A stretch of 64,000 nucleotides of DNA, from contig OY759598.1 in assembly GCA_963662435.1 (NCBI GenBank), positions 1,458,507-1,522,506 on the forward strand. The letters run 5' to 3'. This DNA is from Dehalococcoidia bacterium. Its GTDB lineage: Bacteria; Chloroflexota; Dehalococcoidia; Lucifugimonadales; VXLM01. Every line of letters begins with the position of its first letter. Position 1 is the first letter of the stretch. This document shows, piece after piece, positions 1 through 9,936 of this stretch. The notes beneath the pieces were generated by a model. That model made no database searches and was not told the origin of the DNA. It worked only from the letters and a program-made list of their open reading frames with translations. The position numbers were made by a program, and so were the translations under genes.

Positions 1-466
1 GCAGCATGTCGGGAGGCATGGCAGGCGTTCCCTTCCAATCCCACTGGCCGAAGAGGGCAAGCCATATCTTGGTGAATACGCGCGCCTTGGGCACACCTCC
101 GCACGCCAGGATGAAGGCTCGGGCCTTTGCCATGTGAGGAGCTTCCGGGGAATCGCCGGCGAGCTTGAGCGCGAAGTAACACTCGATGGATGTGCTAAGG
201 TCTCCCGGAGCGCCGTAGTACATCCGCCATGAGCCGTCGGCCGATTGCCTGCGTCGGATGTCTTCCGCAATGCGAGGTATGCGGTCTCCCTCGTCTGATC
301 CCAAGAAGTGCGTGAGCATGATGTACTCCGCCTCCATAGTTGGATTGGACTCCAACTCTCCCCACCAGTGCCCTTCCTCATGCTGCGTGCGGAAGAAGTA
401 CCGCTGTGTCCGCTTCAATGCTTCTCGGAGACGGTTCTCCATACCCTGTTCGATCAACTTCGCCAC
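1..466 (-). CDS. shc: squalene-hopene cyclase, 5' part (runs off the window start)
   Basis: Manual translation gives VAKLIEQGMENRLREALKRTQRYFFRTQHEEGHWWGELESNPTMEAEYIMLTHFLG...QSADGSWRMYYGAPGDLSTSIECYFALKLAG, with typical SHC QW-type motifs. GTG at 466 with AAGGA just upstream. Hopanoid operon context. Confidence 0.93.
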   Translation of the reverse strand, partial: MAKLIEQGMENRLREALKRTQRYFFRTQHEEGHWWGELESNPTMEAEYIMLTHFLGSDEGDRIPRIAEDIRRRQSADGSWRMYYGAPGDLSTSIECYFALKLAGDSPEAPHMAKARAFILACGGVPKARVFTKIWLALFGQWDWKGTPAMPPDML

Positions 467-568
467 CCGGTCCTTAGATCGTCTATCAACTGAATCCTAT
501 TTCGGCAGCCAACTCACGTGTTGTATGCGCTAAGGCGACGGGTTCACACGTCCACGGAGTGGCGCAGC

Positions 569-1564
569 TTATCCCCCCGCCGTCTCTCCACGCGCCGCGA
601 ACCATTCAACGGCCTCCCGGAATGCTTGCCGCACCGGTGTCTGCGGCATACGCAGCTCTCTCACACTCCACGATGGGTCTACCCACATTCGGGTCGAGGC
701 CATTTGGGCCGCTTCGAGGGCTATTGGCGGCGGACGCCGAAGTATCCTTCCGGTGATCTCGCTCACCCGCGCCGCGGCCAAGACCGCTGTATGCGGCAAA
801 CGAAGGCGCGGGGCAGGCACGCCGGTCAGTTCTGAGAGAATTCCGAACGCTTGTGAGAGCGTCAGATTCCCATCTGCGTTCCCAAGGAGGTAGCGCGCGC
901 CAAGTTGACCTCGCTCGAGCGCAAGCAAGTGGCCTTCCGCCACATCTCGAACGTGCACAAAGTTCAGACCCGTGTCCACGTAGGCAGGCATCCGCCGCCG
1001 CATGAAGTCCCGAACAATTCTCCCTGTCGGAGTGGGCTTCTCATCGCCGGGCCCTATGGGTGCCGTCGGACAAACGGTCACGACCGGCGCGCTCTGCATT
1101 GCCATCTGCCGCACGACGCATTCCGCCTCAAATTTGGAGCGCTTATACGGACCCTTCATTGTCTCCGGCCCCGCCAAATCTCTCTCGGTGGCAAGACCGT
1201 CTATCGAGAAGGCAGTCCCTCCCACAGTGCCGGTGTAAACAATCCGTTCGACGCCTGCCTTGAGTACCATGCGCAACACGTTCTGCGTGCCGTCCACGTT
1301 TACCTCGCGCATTACTTCTGTCTGCGTGGAATCGAACGTATACAGCGCGGCTAGATGGATGACGGCGTCACAGCCCTTCAATGCTGAACGAACGGACTCC
1401 GGGTCGCGCACATCTCCCGCAGCAGGAACAACCGAATGCCGCGGCGCTTGGTACGCGCTTATGTTCCGTACCAGAGCCACAACTTCATAGCCCCGGCGCA
1501 CGGCAGCTTCGACGACATGTCGCCCGATAAAGCCGGACGCACCGGTTACGAGGACCCGGGTCAC
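569..1564 (-). CDS. hpnA: hopanoid-associated NAD-dependent sugar epimerase/dehydratase
   Basis: VLVTGASGFIG Rossmann motif, YKRSK catalytic motif, KPTPTGRI segment. Probable GTG start at 1564 overlaps the upstream stop. Confidence 0.9.
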   Translation of the reverse strand: MTRVLVTGASGFIGRHVVEAAVRRGYEVVALVRNISAYQAPRHSVVPAAGDVRDPESVRSALKGCDAVIHLAALYTFDSTQTEVMREVNVDGTQNVLRMVLKAGVERIVYTGTVGGTAFSIDGLATERDLAGPETMKGPYKRSKFEAECVVRQMAMQSAPVVTVCPTAPIGPGDEKPTPTGRIVRDFMRRRMPAYVDTGLNFVHVRDVAEGHLLALERGQLGARYLLGNADGNLTLSQAFGILSELTGVPAPRLRLPHTAVLAAARVSEITGRILRRPPPIALEAAQMASTRMWVDPSWSVRELRMPQTPVRQAFREAVEWFAARGETAGG

Positions 1565-2259
1565 AGTTGACGGGCGATAGCCGGGAGGATGCCTTGCACA
1601 GCCAACGCCAGGGCACGTGACGCCCTGCGCGATTTCAATGCAAGAGGCAGGAAGCTCCTGACCGCAGAAGGATGAGATATCGCCCGGAAAGCGTGTGCCC
1701 ACTCGCGCCGGCCTCCATCCGCGATGATGGCTGCAATGAACAAAGGGAGGGGGAAATGAGCTTCGTCCAGCACCGCGCGGATCCCTATGAGTGGGATGTC
1801 TCTCGATGCTGCCGCATTCGCTATCCAGCGCCCTTCCATGTCAACAACTATTGCGCCGGTGCCATTGTGCGCGCGTTGCTTGGCCCGTGGGGTTAGGAGC
1901 GGTTCATCCACGGTGAGGATAGCTCCTTCCAGCACCGAGAGGCCCGACTGACGGAGCAGCATTGCCGCGCGTGTCGTATGAGGAGTGCCGGGGATCGCCG
2001 CGCTGGCGCCGTGAAGATAGGAGTTTCCCACTACGAGTTGACCGGGATGAAGATGAGGCACGAGCGCCCCGGCGTATCCCAGGGAGACGAGCAGCCTGCA
2101 CGGCGCGGCATCGAGAAGGTCTACGACCTGTTCACCCGCGTTGCGTCCTATGCCGACAACGCTCGCGCGAGTACGGTCGTTGCCGTAGTCCAGTCCTCCC
2201 AGTTCACGCTGCGTCGGGGCAACTGTCAGGAGAGGGGCAGCGATGGTGTCAGTACCCAT
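1561..2259 (-). CDS. hpnG: hopanoid-associated nucleoside phosphorylase (HpnG-like)
   Basis: VSLGYAGAL and VVDMEG...IRAVLD motifs of the PNP/MTAP family; lies between hpnH and hpnA. Start taken at MGTDT. Confidence 0.75.
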   Translation of the reverse strand: MGTDTIAAPLLTVAPTQRELGGLDYGNDRTRASVVGIGRNAGEQVVDLLDAAPCRLLVSLGYAGALVPHLHPGQLVVGNSYLHGASAAIPGTPHTTRAAMLLRQSGLSVLEGAILTVDEPLLTPRAKQRAHNGTGAIVVDMEGRWIANAAASRDIPLIGIRAVLDEAHFPLPLFIAAIIADGGRREWAHAFRAISHPSAVRSFLPLALKSRRASRALALAVQGILPAIARQL

Positions 2260-2260
2260 G

Positions 2261-2617
2261 TCAGTCCGTCCGCTTGCGATGTGCCCGCGAGCCGGTCTGT
2301 GACGGCCCATCTTGCCGGTCTTGGAAAGCTTCGAAATGCTTGACCGATGCCGCAGCGACATCCCGACCGGTGAACAGCACTTGGGTGATATCTCGGTAAG
2401 GGATCGAAATCTCGCGTCCGGTCTCGGTCTCGAACAACTGGGCAAACGGTTCGCTCGCACGGGCGTCCCGGTTGAAGAGGTAGCCGGTCAGCGACCCGTC
2501 GTCAATCGTCCTGATAGTAACGTCGCCGCGGTAGTGGAAGGCCCGTTCGACGAGGCCTTCGACGTGCTGTCCGGCCCCTTGGCTTTCAGCATGAAGTGGC
2601 GACTGAGGATCGTTCAT
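2261..2617 (-). CDS. hypothetical protein embedded in the hopanoid operon
   Basis: 118-aa ORF packed tightly between hpnH and hpnG (AFHYRGDVTI...GYLFNR...FTGRD). Confidence 0.75.
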   Translation of the reverse strand: MNDPQSPLHAESQGAGQHVEGLVERAFHYRGDVTIRTIDDGSLTGYLFNRDARASEPFAQLFETETGREISIPYRDITQVLFTGRDVAAASVKHFEAFQDRQDGPSQTGSRAHRKRTD

Positions 2618-2620
2618 TGT

Positions 2621-3643
2621 TCACAGCCTGCCGGTAAGCGTAGCAACCGTGGAGTCCCGCAGACCGCGCCAAGTCGTGAAGGTCGCGTTGATGGCGGAGG
2701 GCTCGTAGCCGCAGTGGACCATGCAGTCTTGGCAATTATGATTCCCACTCGCGCGGCCATACTCCTCCCAGGCTGTTTCGTCCATCAATTCCCGGAAGGT
2801 AGCAGCATAGCCGTCCTGCAGGAGGTAACACGGGCGCTGCCACCCGAATATCGTATACAGTGGGTTGCCCCACGGCGTACATTCGAAGTCTCGTTTACCC
2901 ATGAGGAACTGGAGAAACAGTGGCGACTGGTTTAATCGCCAGCCCTTCTTCTTGTCGGCAAGCACCTGGGAGAAGAGCTCCCGTGTACGCTCCCGCTCAA
3001 GGAAGGAGTCCTGATCCGGGGCTTTCTCATAGTTGAACCCCGGGGACACCATCATGCCCTCCACGTCCAGGTCCATCATCGCATCGAAGAAGTCGCGAAC
3101 GCGCATTGGCTCCGCCGTGTTGAACAGCGTGGTATTGGTGGTGACGCGAAAGCCACGCCGAACCGCCTCCCGAATCGCCGCGACAGCGATGTCGTAAACG
3201 CCGTTCCGGCAGACTGAGGAGTCGTGCTCTTCTCGCAGACCATCCATGTGGACGCTGAAATTAAGGCGCTTGGAGGGGGTGAAGACATTCTCCTCCAGCT
3301 TCTGCTTGAGCAGCAGAGCGTTGGTGCAGAGGTAGACGTACTTCTTACGCCGAGTGAGTTCTTCCACCAACTCGCCGATGTGTGGATAAAGCAGCGGTTC
3401 TCCACCGGGGATGCTAACGATGGGCGCTCCACACTCCTCCACCGCGGCGATGCACTGATCAACCGTGAGCGCGCGTTTGAGCACGTGAGGCGGGTACTGG
3501 ATCTTTCCACAGCCCGCACAGGCGAGATTACAACGCAGCAGGGGCTCCAACATGAGAACAAGTGGATAGCGCTCACGTCGCGCCAAACGCTGCTTTGCCA
3601 CATGCAAGGCTACTGTACACGCTTGTGAAATAGGCACTCCCAA
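2621..3643 (-). CDS. hpnH: adenosyl-hopene transferase, radical SAM
   Basis: LEPLLRCNLACAGCGKI radical SAM CxxxCxxC, CTPWGNP, and C-terminal CQDCMVHCGYE, all characteristic of HpnH. Confidence 0.95.
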   Translation of the reverse strand: MGVPISQACTVALHVAKQRLARRERYPLVLMLEPLLRCNLACAGCGKIQYPPHVLKRALTVDQCIAAVEECGAPIVSIPGGEPLLYPHIGELVEELTRRKKYVYLCTNALLLKQKLEENVFTPSKRLNFSVHMDGLREEHDSSVCRNGVYDIAVAAIREAVRRGFRVTTNTTLFNTAEPMRVRDFFDAMMDLDVEGMMVSPGFNYEKAPDQDSFLERERTRELFSQVLADKKKGWRLNQSPLFLQFLMGKRDFECTPWGNPLYTIFGWQRPCYLLQDGYAATFRELMDETAWEEYGRASGNHNCQDCMVHCGYEPSAINATFTTWRGLRDSTVATLTGRL

Positions 3644-4323
3644 GATATTTGTGCCCTCACTGTGAACTGACTCCGGAGTAGTGTACCAGAATTCTATATA
3701 GTAATAGGGTACACACCTTGGGCGTCTCCACCGTCACCCTCAGGAAGAATGGCGCCGCGACGCTGCATACCTGTCGCGGCACCGATCCCGAGAGAAAAGA
3801 TGTCATTTGGTCTGTTTCAGGGAAAAGGTGGAGGCACTTTGCGATTTATCAAGAACCGTTCAGACTACGGGAGGGGCTTGACTTTAAGAATCCGTTCAAG
3901 AGAGGCAAATGCGACATGGAGATTACTCTCTAACTGTCCGTCGGAAGCAAAGTTCAAGCTACGCTAGCGAGTCTCTCGTCCGTAAGAGCTCTGGCCGGTA
4001 GTCTTTAACTCATAGGCTCTTTTTGCCCTGATTCGGCAAGGCCCTTTCTGTTGGCGCTCGCCGTAGTGGTTCCTACCTAGTGGCGACTGTCCAAATTGTG
4101 GAAGCGATTCTCCCCGTCCAGCTACGTTTCGCAGCTCAGACCATCGGCTTAGCTTGCTTTCCACGCCTACACGAAGCGGCTAAGAGTACGTTGCAGAGGT
4201 CTGTTTTTCGCTCTCCTGTGAAGGGAGATATTCCCCGTACACAATCGACAGGAGCAGCTAAGTTCTCGTGAGGGATGGGCTTGAAACCGGTACCTAGTCA
4301 GACGACGGCATCCGTACGGGTTA

Positions 4324-6690
4324 CTATTCTCCTCGACGCGTCTCCCCTCTGGGCATCCTGTAGCCGACGCGAGGCTCGGCGAAGAGGTAGGTGGGATTCT
4401 TGGCGTCCTCGCCCAGCTTGCGGCGCAGCCTCATCAGGTGGGTACGCAGAACCCGCAGGTTTCCCGGCTTTCCCGGACTCCACACCCGCCTCAGCAGCCG
4501 GTCGTGGGGCACCACCCGTCCAGCCTCCACTGCGAGCTCGGCCAGCAGGTCGAACTCTGTGGGCGTCAGCTGCACCGGACGCCCCGAGACAGTCACCCTC
4601 CGCTCGGCGTAGTCGATGGTCAGACCGCCCAGCACGAAGGGCTCCTCCGGCTCGTGGCGCTCCGGTTCCCCGAACCGGCGCAGGGCCGCCCTCACCCTGG
4701 CCACCAGTTCCGTCGGCGAGAATGGCTTGACGATGTAGTCGGAGGCCCCCTGCTCCAAGACCCTGGCGACAACCTCGTCCCTGCCGTACGCCGACAGGAA
4801 GATGACCGGGATATGGGAGACGGCCAGAATGTCCCCCATCAGCTCTACCCCGTCGTGCTCCGGCAGCATCAGGTCCAGCAGGGCTAGGCGGGGGCTGTGT
4901 TCCGTCATCAGGAGTAGCGCCTCCTCCGAGTCTGCGGTCACGACCGGCCGGAAACCTGCGGACGAAAGGGCGTCCCGCACGGACCTGAGCACCAGGGGGT
5001 CGTCGTCCACCACCAAGACCGTTTCCGCAGATGCCCCGTTGCCCTGAGAACGGGTGGGGCGGGAGGTGGACTCTGCGTCCCGGAACACCGGCAGTGTAAA
5101 GACGAACCGCGCTCCCAGGCCGGGCCCGTCGCTCTCGGCCCGGATACGGCCCCCGTGGGCCTCCACTATCCCCTTGCAGATGGCCAGCCCCAGGCCGGTG
5201 TCGCCCGGCGTGTCCCGGTCCTCCCTACGGGAGAATTTTCTAAACAGGAGCGGCAGGTCTTCGGCGGGAATCCCCCGGCCCTGGTCGGCCACCGCGACCT
5301 CGACGTGACTGCCCTCCCGCAAGGCGGACACCCGGATGACTGACGATTCCGGGGAGTGGCTGGCCGCGTTGGACAGCAGGTTGCCGATGACCTGGACGAT
5401 ACGCCTGCGGTCCGCCATGACTGAGGGCAGGCCGGGCGCGACGTCGATAGCCAGGTCATTCCTGCCCCCGGCGCTGGTGAAAGCGTTCCGGGCCCGGTCC
5501 ACCAGGGCCGTCACCTCCACCGGTTCCGGGTCCACTGGCAGCGCGCCCGTCTCGATGCGGGCCACGTCCAGCAGGTCGCCGATGAGCTCCCGCATGTGGT
5601 CGGCCCGGTCGACGATGATTCGGTGGAACTGGCGCATCTCGGCCGGGTCCAGATCCTGCGCCGAGTCCAGAAGGGCGGTGGCCGCGCCCCTGATGGATGT
5701 CAGGGGCATCCGCAACTCGTGGCTAACCATGGCCAGGAACTCTGCCCTCAGCCGCTCCGCCTCCTCGACGGCCGTCATGTCCTGCATGGTGACTACCACC
5801 GACTCCAACTCCAACTCCCCGGAGCGAATGGGCGTGGCGTTGAGCAGCACGGTCACGCTTCGCCCGTCGGGGACGCCCATGACGATCTCCTCGGCGCGCA
5901 CAGTCTCGCCGGAGCCGATGACTTCGGCCAAGGGGAACTCCATCAGGGAGAACTCTCGCCCGTCGGCGCGGCGCACGGTCAACAATCCCAGTAGGTCCTC
6001 CGGTGGTTGGTCCGGATCCCGAAGCTCGTCGACGATCCTTCTTCCTTCCCGGTTGAATGACACCGCAGCACCCTTCCTCATGTCGAAGACGACGACGCCC
6101 ACCGGCGAGGTGTCGATGAGGGTCTCCAGGCCCGCCCTGGCCCGCTGCTCCTCCCGGTGCCTTCGGGCGTTGGCGATCACCTGCGCCGCCTGGGAGGCGA
6201 ACAGCACCAGGGTCTCTTCGTCCTCCCGGCTGAACTCCCAGCCCGGCTCGTCGCTCCCCACGTAGATGTTGCCCGAGCGCACGCCTTTGTGGAGTATCGG
6301 GGCCGCCATGAAAGCGGTGAGCGATACGGGCGAGCGGAACTCCGCAAGGCCGACCGACGCGGTGAACTCCTCTAGCCGGCCCGCCCTCAGCGGTCCCCGA
6401 AGGGAGTTCAGGTACTCGAAGAACTTGGTCCCCCCAGGGGCCTGCCACAGCCGCTCCACGTCGTCGGGGTCCAAGCCCAATGCCAGGTGGTCGTCCACGC
6501 GCCCAGAATCATCCAAAATGGTGATCACGGAGTAGGGCGCCCTCGTCAGGGAGCGTGCGCCGTCCATCACGGCCCGCAGAACTGTATCCACGTCCAGGCT
6601 CTCGTTGATGCGGAGGCTGGCCTGGCTGAGACGGGAGAGGCGGTCTCCCATGGGTTTCGTTTCCTGGAGCCGCTGACCGGCGTTCTCCAA
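4324..6690 (-). CDS. hybrid sensor kinase-response regulator (GAF-PAS-HisKA-HATPase-REC-OmpR wHTH)
   Basis: H-box FLAMVSHELRMP, N-box NLLSNA, G-boxes DQGRG and GTGLGL, receiver VVDDD/LLD/KPF, and KdpE-like C-terminus LTPTEFDLL...EPRVGYR. Confidence 0.93.
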   Translation of the reverse strand: MENAGQRLQETKPMGDRLSRLSQASLRINESLDVDTVLRAVMDGARSLTRAPYSVITILDDSGRVDDHLALGLDPDDVERLWQAPGGTKFFEYLNSLRGPLRAGRLEEFTASVGLAEFRSPVSLTAFMAAPILHKGVRSGNIYVGSDEPGWEFSREDEETLVLFASQAAQVIANARRHREEQRARAGLETLIDTSPVGVVVFDMRKGAAVSFNREGRRIVDELRDPDQPPEDLLGLLTVRRADGREFSLMEFPLAEVIGSGETVRAEEIVMGVPDGRSVTVLLNATPIRSGELELESVVVTMQDMTAVEEAERLRAEFLAMVSHELRMPLTSIRGAATALLDSAQDLDPAEMRQFHRIIVDRADHMRELIGDLLDVARIETGALPVDPEPVEVTALVDRARNAFTSAGGRNDLAIDVAPGLPSVMADRRRIVQVIGNLLSNAASHSPESSVIRVSALREGSHVEVAVADQGRGIPAEDLPLLFRKFSRREDRDTPGDTGLGLAICKGIVEAHGGRIRAESDGPGLGARFVFTLPVFRDAESTSRPTRSQGNGASAETVLVVDDDPLVLRSVRDALSSAGFRPVVTADSEEALLLMTEHSPRLALLDLMLPEHDGVELMGDILAVSHIPVIFLSAYGRDEVVARVLEQGASDYIVKPFSPTELVARVRAALRRFGEPERHEPEEPFVLGGLTIDYAERRVTVSGRPVQLTPTEFDLLAELAVEAGRVVPHDRLLRRVWSPGKPGNLRVLRTHLMRLRRKLGEDAKNPTYLFAEPRVGYRMPRGETRRGE

Positions 6691-7063
6691 CTATTCACCT
6701 CCTGGGGACCGGGTCCTGAAAGTCTGGATGTATCATCCCTTTCGGGGGCAATTCTAGCGATATTGGCTATAAGTTACCACTATGTTATAAAACTGATCCA
6801 CATGTTTACCCACAAGTTACTCGCTAATCCTTACAATTATTGCTGGGTATGTGCGACTCTTGGCCACCCATTCCACCCGCGGCCGCTACGGCATCGAAAC
6901 CCTCATGGAAGGACATGTAATGGCAGTCTAGGTAAATGCAAAAGGCTTCATGGGCGTCCCTATGGTTCATCGCGAGCCATGCGGTAGTGTACAGAAATAT
7001 GCCCCCTTGCCCGGTCGACGATTCAGGGCAGGTCACCGGAATTGGCGCCGATTTGAGACGGAG
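6141..7063. repeat. diverged ~0.92-kb direct repeat, copy 1 (kinase 5' end, intergenic region and small-gene start)
   Basis: Aligns by eye with 9387-10309, e.g. the shared stretch acaattattgctgggtatgtgcgactcttggccacccattccacccgcggccgctacggcatcgaaaccctcatggaaggacatgtaatggcagtctaggtaaatg. Confidence 0.92.
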
Positions 7064-7067
7064 ATAG

Positions 7068-7250
7068 ATGAAAGTCTACAAGATTGTCTTTGAGGATGGC
7101 ATGGACGACATCGAGATAGCGTTGAACGCGCTCGCAGAGGACGGGTTCAAGGGCTGTTAATTCCGATGCATCGAGCGTTATGACGAACCTGTATCGATGA
7201 CAAGATCAAGATTTGTCTTTACGACAATAATGGAACTGGATCATGAGTAA
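7068..7250 (+). pseudogene. frameshifted small protein (DUF4177-like)
   Basis: MKVYKIVFEDGMDDIEIALNALAEDGFK, then a stop; FVFTTIMELDHE follows further downstream. Confidence 0.35.
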
Positions 7251-7473
7251 GGAGCGCGCCAAGCGCGTCAGTAAACTCCCGAAGAAGGTTCTACCGCGTG
7301 TTGGGGCCAGTGACTTTCAACGTGGTGAGTCTCTAGGCTTCCTTCGAGACGCTAACGGGCGATTTCGCTTAGGACGCTGGATGCTCGTAAACGTTGCGAC
7401 AACGGTTGTCGTGCTGGGCGCTCTCCCATGGCTGGCTCTGATTTGCGGTTAGTCGTTTGATGGAGGTCCGTTG

Positions 7474-7580
7474 ATGACCACTCCGACCCGCCAAAACCGC
7501 ACGCTATTCCACGGCGACATCCTCCCGTTCCTCCGCGGCATGAACTCCGAGACCGTCGACCTCGTCGCCACTGACCCGCG
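7474..7580 (+). pseudogene. N-terminal fragment of an N6/N4 DNA methyltransferase
   Basis: MTTPTRQNRTLFHGDILPFLRGMNSETVDLVATDP breaks off inside the DPPF/Y motif; GGAGG RBS upstream. Confidence 0.7.
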
Positions 7581-7898
7581 CCCGTCGAACCCGATTCCAA
7601 GATGGAGCCGGGCACACACTTCGTCGGACGCGACTTTGCCCCTGGCGCCTTCGTTGGCAAAGGGGGCACCGATATCTTGTCATGCTGGTGCCGGGCTCGT
7701 CTTGGCGGCGTCTCAGGGTCTATCGATCATACACTCGCGAACGACACCGCCACCGGCCGGTTCTACGTCGTCATCAAACCCATGGGCTTTGCCTTCAACA
7801 TCGAAACCCACAAGAGTAATCCACACGGGGCGCCGGGGGAGCGCCAACCCCCTTTGTCAGCATGCAACCCCCGGCCAACGTGAGAGGACCCGGCGCGC

Positions 7899-7985
7899 TC
7901 TCTCAGCCCCAACACGGCCGCGGCGGGCGGATCTAAGGCGCCCCCTTCACCCGCCCGCCGCGGCCACCAACAACGGAAAGGAGAA
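7899..7985 (+). promoter_or_regulatory. repeated hairpin leader, copy 1
   Basis: Perfect 15-bp stem (7916-7930/7951-7965) followed by ccaacaacggaaaggag; similar copy at 8203-8296. Confidence 0.6.
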
Positions 7986-7990
7986 CGACC

Positions 7991-8191
7991 ATGAACCTGC
8001 ACGATCTCATCGAGTCCGGCACGAAGCCGCCTAGAAAAGGCTCACGTGTTCGTATCAACGACAACGCGGAAAACTCCACCTTCCGTGGAGCACGGGCCAG
8101 AATCGACACCTACCTCGTCGGCCTCTACACCGAGACCGGCGAGTACATCACCGTCACCGCCAAGAGCGTGGACACTTTCCCGCAGGAGTAG
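7991..8191 (+). CDS. small hypothetical protein
   Basis: 66-aa ORF with a strong AAGGAG RBS after hairpin leader 1. Confidence 0.65.
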   Translation: MNLHDLIESGTKPPRKGSRVRINDNAENSTFRGARARIDTYLVGLYTETGEYITVTAKSVDTFPQE

Positions 8192-8202
8192 ATTGGTGCA
8201 TC

Positions 8203-8296
8203 CTCTCAGCCTCGACACGGTCGAGGCGGGCGCGTGTCCCAGATATACCGATGCTTCCGTTGCCGCCCGCCCCGGCCACCAATAGCCGAAAAGAGA
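8203..8296 (+). promoter_or_regulatory. repeated hairpin leader, copy 2
   Basis: ctctcagcctcgacacggtcgaggcgggcg...cgcccgccccggccaccaatagccgaaaagaga matches copy 1 in the flanks and stem but has a different loop. Confidence 0.6.
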
Positions 8297-8309
8297 CCCT
8301 AGCGAGGCC

Positions 8310-8663
8310 ATGATGTCAGTACGAGAACAGTTGAGACGCAGCGGACTCTTTCAACCTCCGGTCATTCGCGGAAACGGCACGATGCGGTTTCCGATGCTGG
8401 ATTGGGAACACGGCAAGTCCGTCTACTTAACCCCGAACGGTGACTTACATATCCGCATCGGTGCTGTAGCACTCGGCAGGTTCCCCAACAATGACCGGTT
8501 GCGCACTTTCATTCGCGCACACTCGCACGGGACGACGCGTGTATCAGGCAACCGCGCTGACGCCTACAAACTCAGAGGTGAGTACGCGGGGAAAATCGTC
8601 GAAATCTTTCGGGGCGCCACCCCACGAAACTCAAACCGTAAGGAGACCCGGTCACATCATTGA
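8310..8663 (+). CDS. hypothetical protein
   Basis: 117-aa ORF with a GAGG RBS after hairpin leader 2. Confidence 0.6.
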   Translation: MMSVREQLRRSGLFQPPVIRGNGTMRFPMLDWEHGKSVYLTPNGDLHIRIGAVALGRFPNNDRLRTFIRAHSHGTTRVSGNRADAYKLRGEYAGKIVEIFRGATPRNSNRKETRSHH

Positions 8664-8753
8664 AACCATTGCTCAAATCGTAATTGCCTTCATCTCCATC
8701 GCGCTGCTCGTGTGGCTCGCGCATTCCATGTTCAGGAGGTAGACCACACACCA

Positions 8754-9197
8754 ATGCCACCCCATGACTATCCGCCGCAAATGAGAATGTACATGAACGT
8801 GGAGATCACAGTCGTTGCCGTTCTGGCGTTCCTACTAACAGCCGTACGCAGTGACTCCGGCTCGGCCGGTCCTACTGGTCGGCAGAGGCCAAAGGGAGCA
8901 ATCGGGTCTCTCGGCCCATCTGGCGCAGCAAGCAGGGTCGTTGTGCTTGGATCTCACTCTCTACTTGATTCAAACGGGATTAACCATAGCTCCATGCTAT
9001 ATGACGACAGCCTACACGCCTTTTATTTCATGACGCCCGCCGCGTACAGTCGGCTACAAGCGCCGCAACTCACACCCTCGGAAAGAGCCACCTTTGGAGA
9101 AATTACGGACGACGATATGCGGGCGCTCCTAAAGAGCACATTCCTCATTATCGCCATCCGGGATTCATCCACACGAAAAGAACTGATACAGCAATGA
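8754..9197 (+). CDS. putative secreted/membrane protein with a short degenerate collagen-like G-X-Y stretch
   Basis: Hydrophobic segment followed by GSAGPTGRQRPKGAIGSLGPSG; start position uncertain. Confidence 0.4.
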   Translation: MPPHDYPPQMRMYMNVEITVVAVLAFLLTAVRSDSGSAGPTGRQRPKGAIGSLGPSGAASRVVVLGSHSLLDSNGINHSSMLYDDSLHAFYFMTPAAYSRLQAPQLTPSERATFGEITDDDMRALLKSTFLIIAIRDSSTRKELIQQ

Positions 9198-9386
9198 CTA
9201 TCATCTTCACGATCCAGAGCGACACCTTCTCCAGGCGGTGGAACCTCACGCCCCACTCCCCGCCAGAGTGAGTCGAAACGGTAACACCCTCTGCGACCAC
9301 GTCTACCAGGTCGTCCCCTACGACCGCATCACCCGCACTAACAAACGAAAGCGACGACCTCTTCCGACAGGACGCCAAAGTCCTAG

Positions 9387-9936
9387 CCTGCTGTTCCTCC
9401 CGGTGCCGTCGGGAATTGGCGATCATCTGCGCCGCTTGAGAGGCGAACAGCACCAGGGTCTCCTCGTCTTCCTGTGAGAACTCCCGGCCCGGCTTGTCGC
9501 TCCCCACGTAGATGTTGCCCGATCTCACGCCCTGGTGGAGTATAGGGGCCGCCATGAAGGCGTTGAGCGATACGGGTGAGCGGAACTTCCCAAGCCCAAT
9601 CGACCTAGTGACCTCCTCCAGCAGCCCCGCTCTCGTCTGACCCTGAAGGGCGTTCAAGTACTCGAAGAACCTGGTCCCCTCTGGTGCCTGCCACAGCCGC
9701 TCCACGTCGTCGGGGTCCAAGCCCAATGCCAGGTGGTCGTCCACGCGCCCAGAATCATCCAAAATGGTGATCACGAGGTAGGGCGCCCGTGTCAGGGACC
9801 TGGCGCGGGCCATCACGGCCCGCAGGGCTGCATCCACGTCCAGGCTCTCGTTGATGCGGAGGCTGGCCTGGCTGAGACGGGAGAGGCGGTCTTCCATGGG
9901 TTTCGTTTCCTGGAGCGGCTGACCGGCATTCTCCAA
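9387..9936 (-). pseudogene. truncated hybrid kinase paralog (GAF domain only)
   Basis: Near-identical to the first ~183 aa of 4324-6690; homology ends at HREEQQAR. Confidence 0.9.

Noticed and set aside
5336..6448. Long alternative-frame and antisense ORFs over the kinases, ISs and PRTRC genes (also 21102-22639, 27875-29149, 62481-63950)
   Set aside because: Shadow ORFs typical of high-GC coding DNA; they overlap well-supported genes and carry no motifs.
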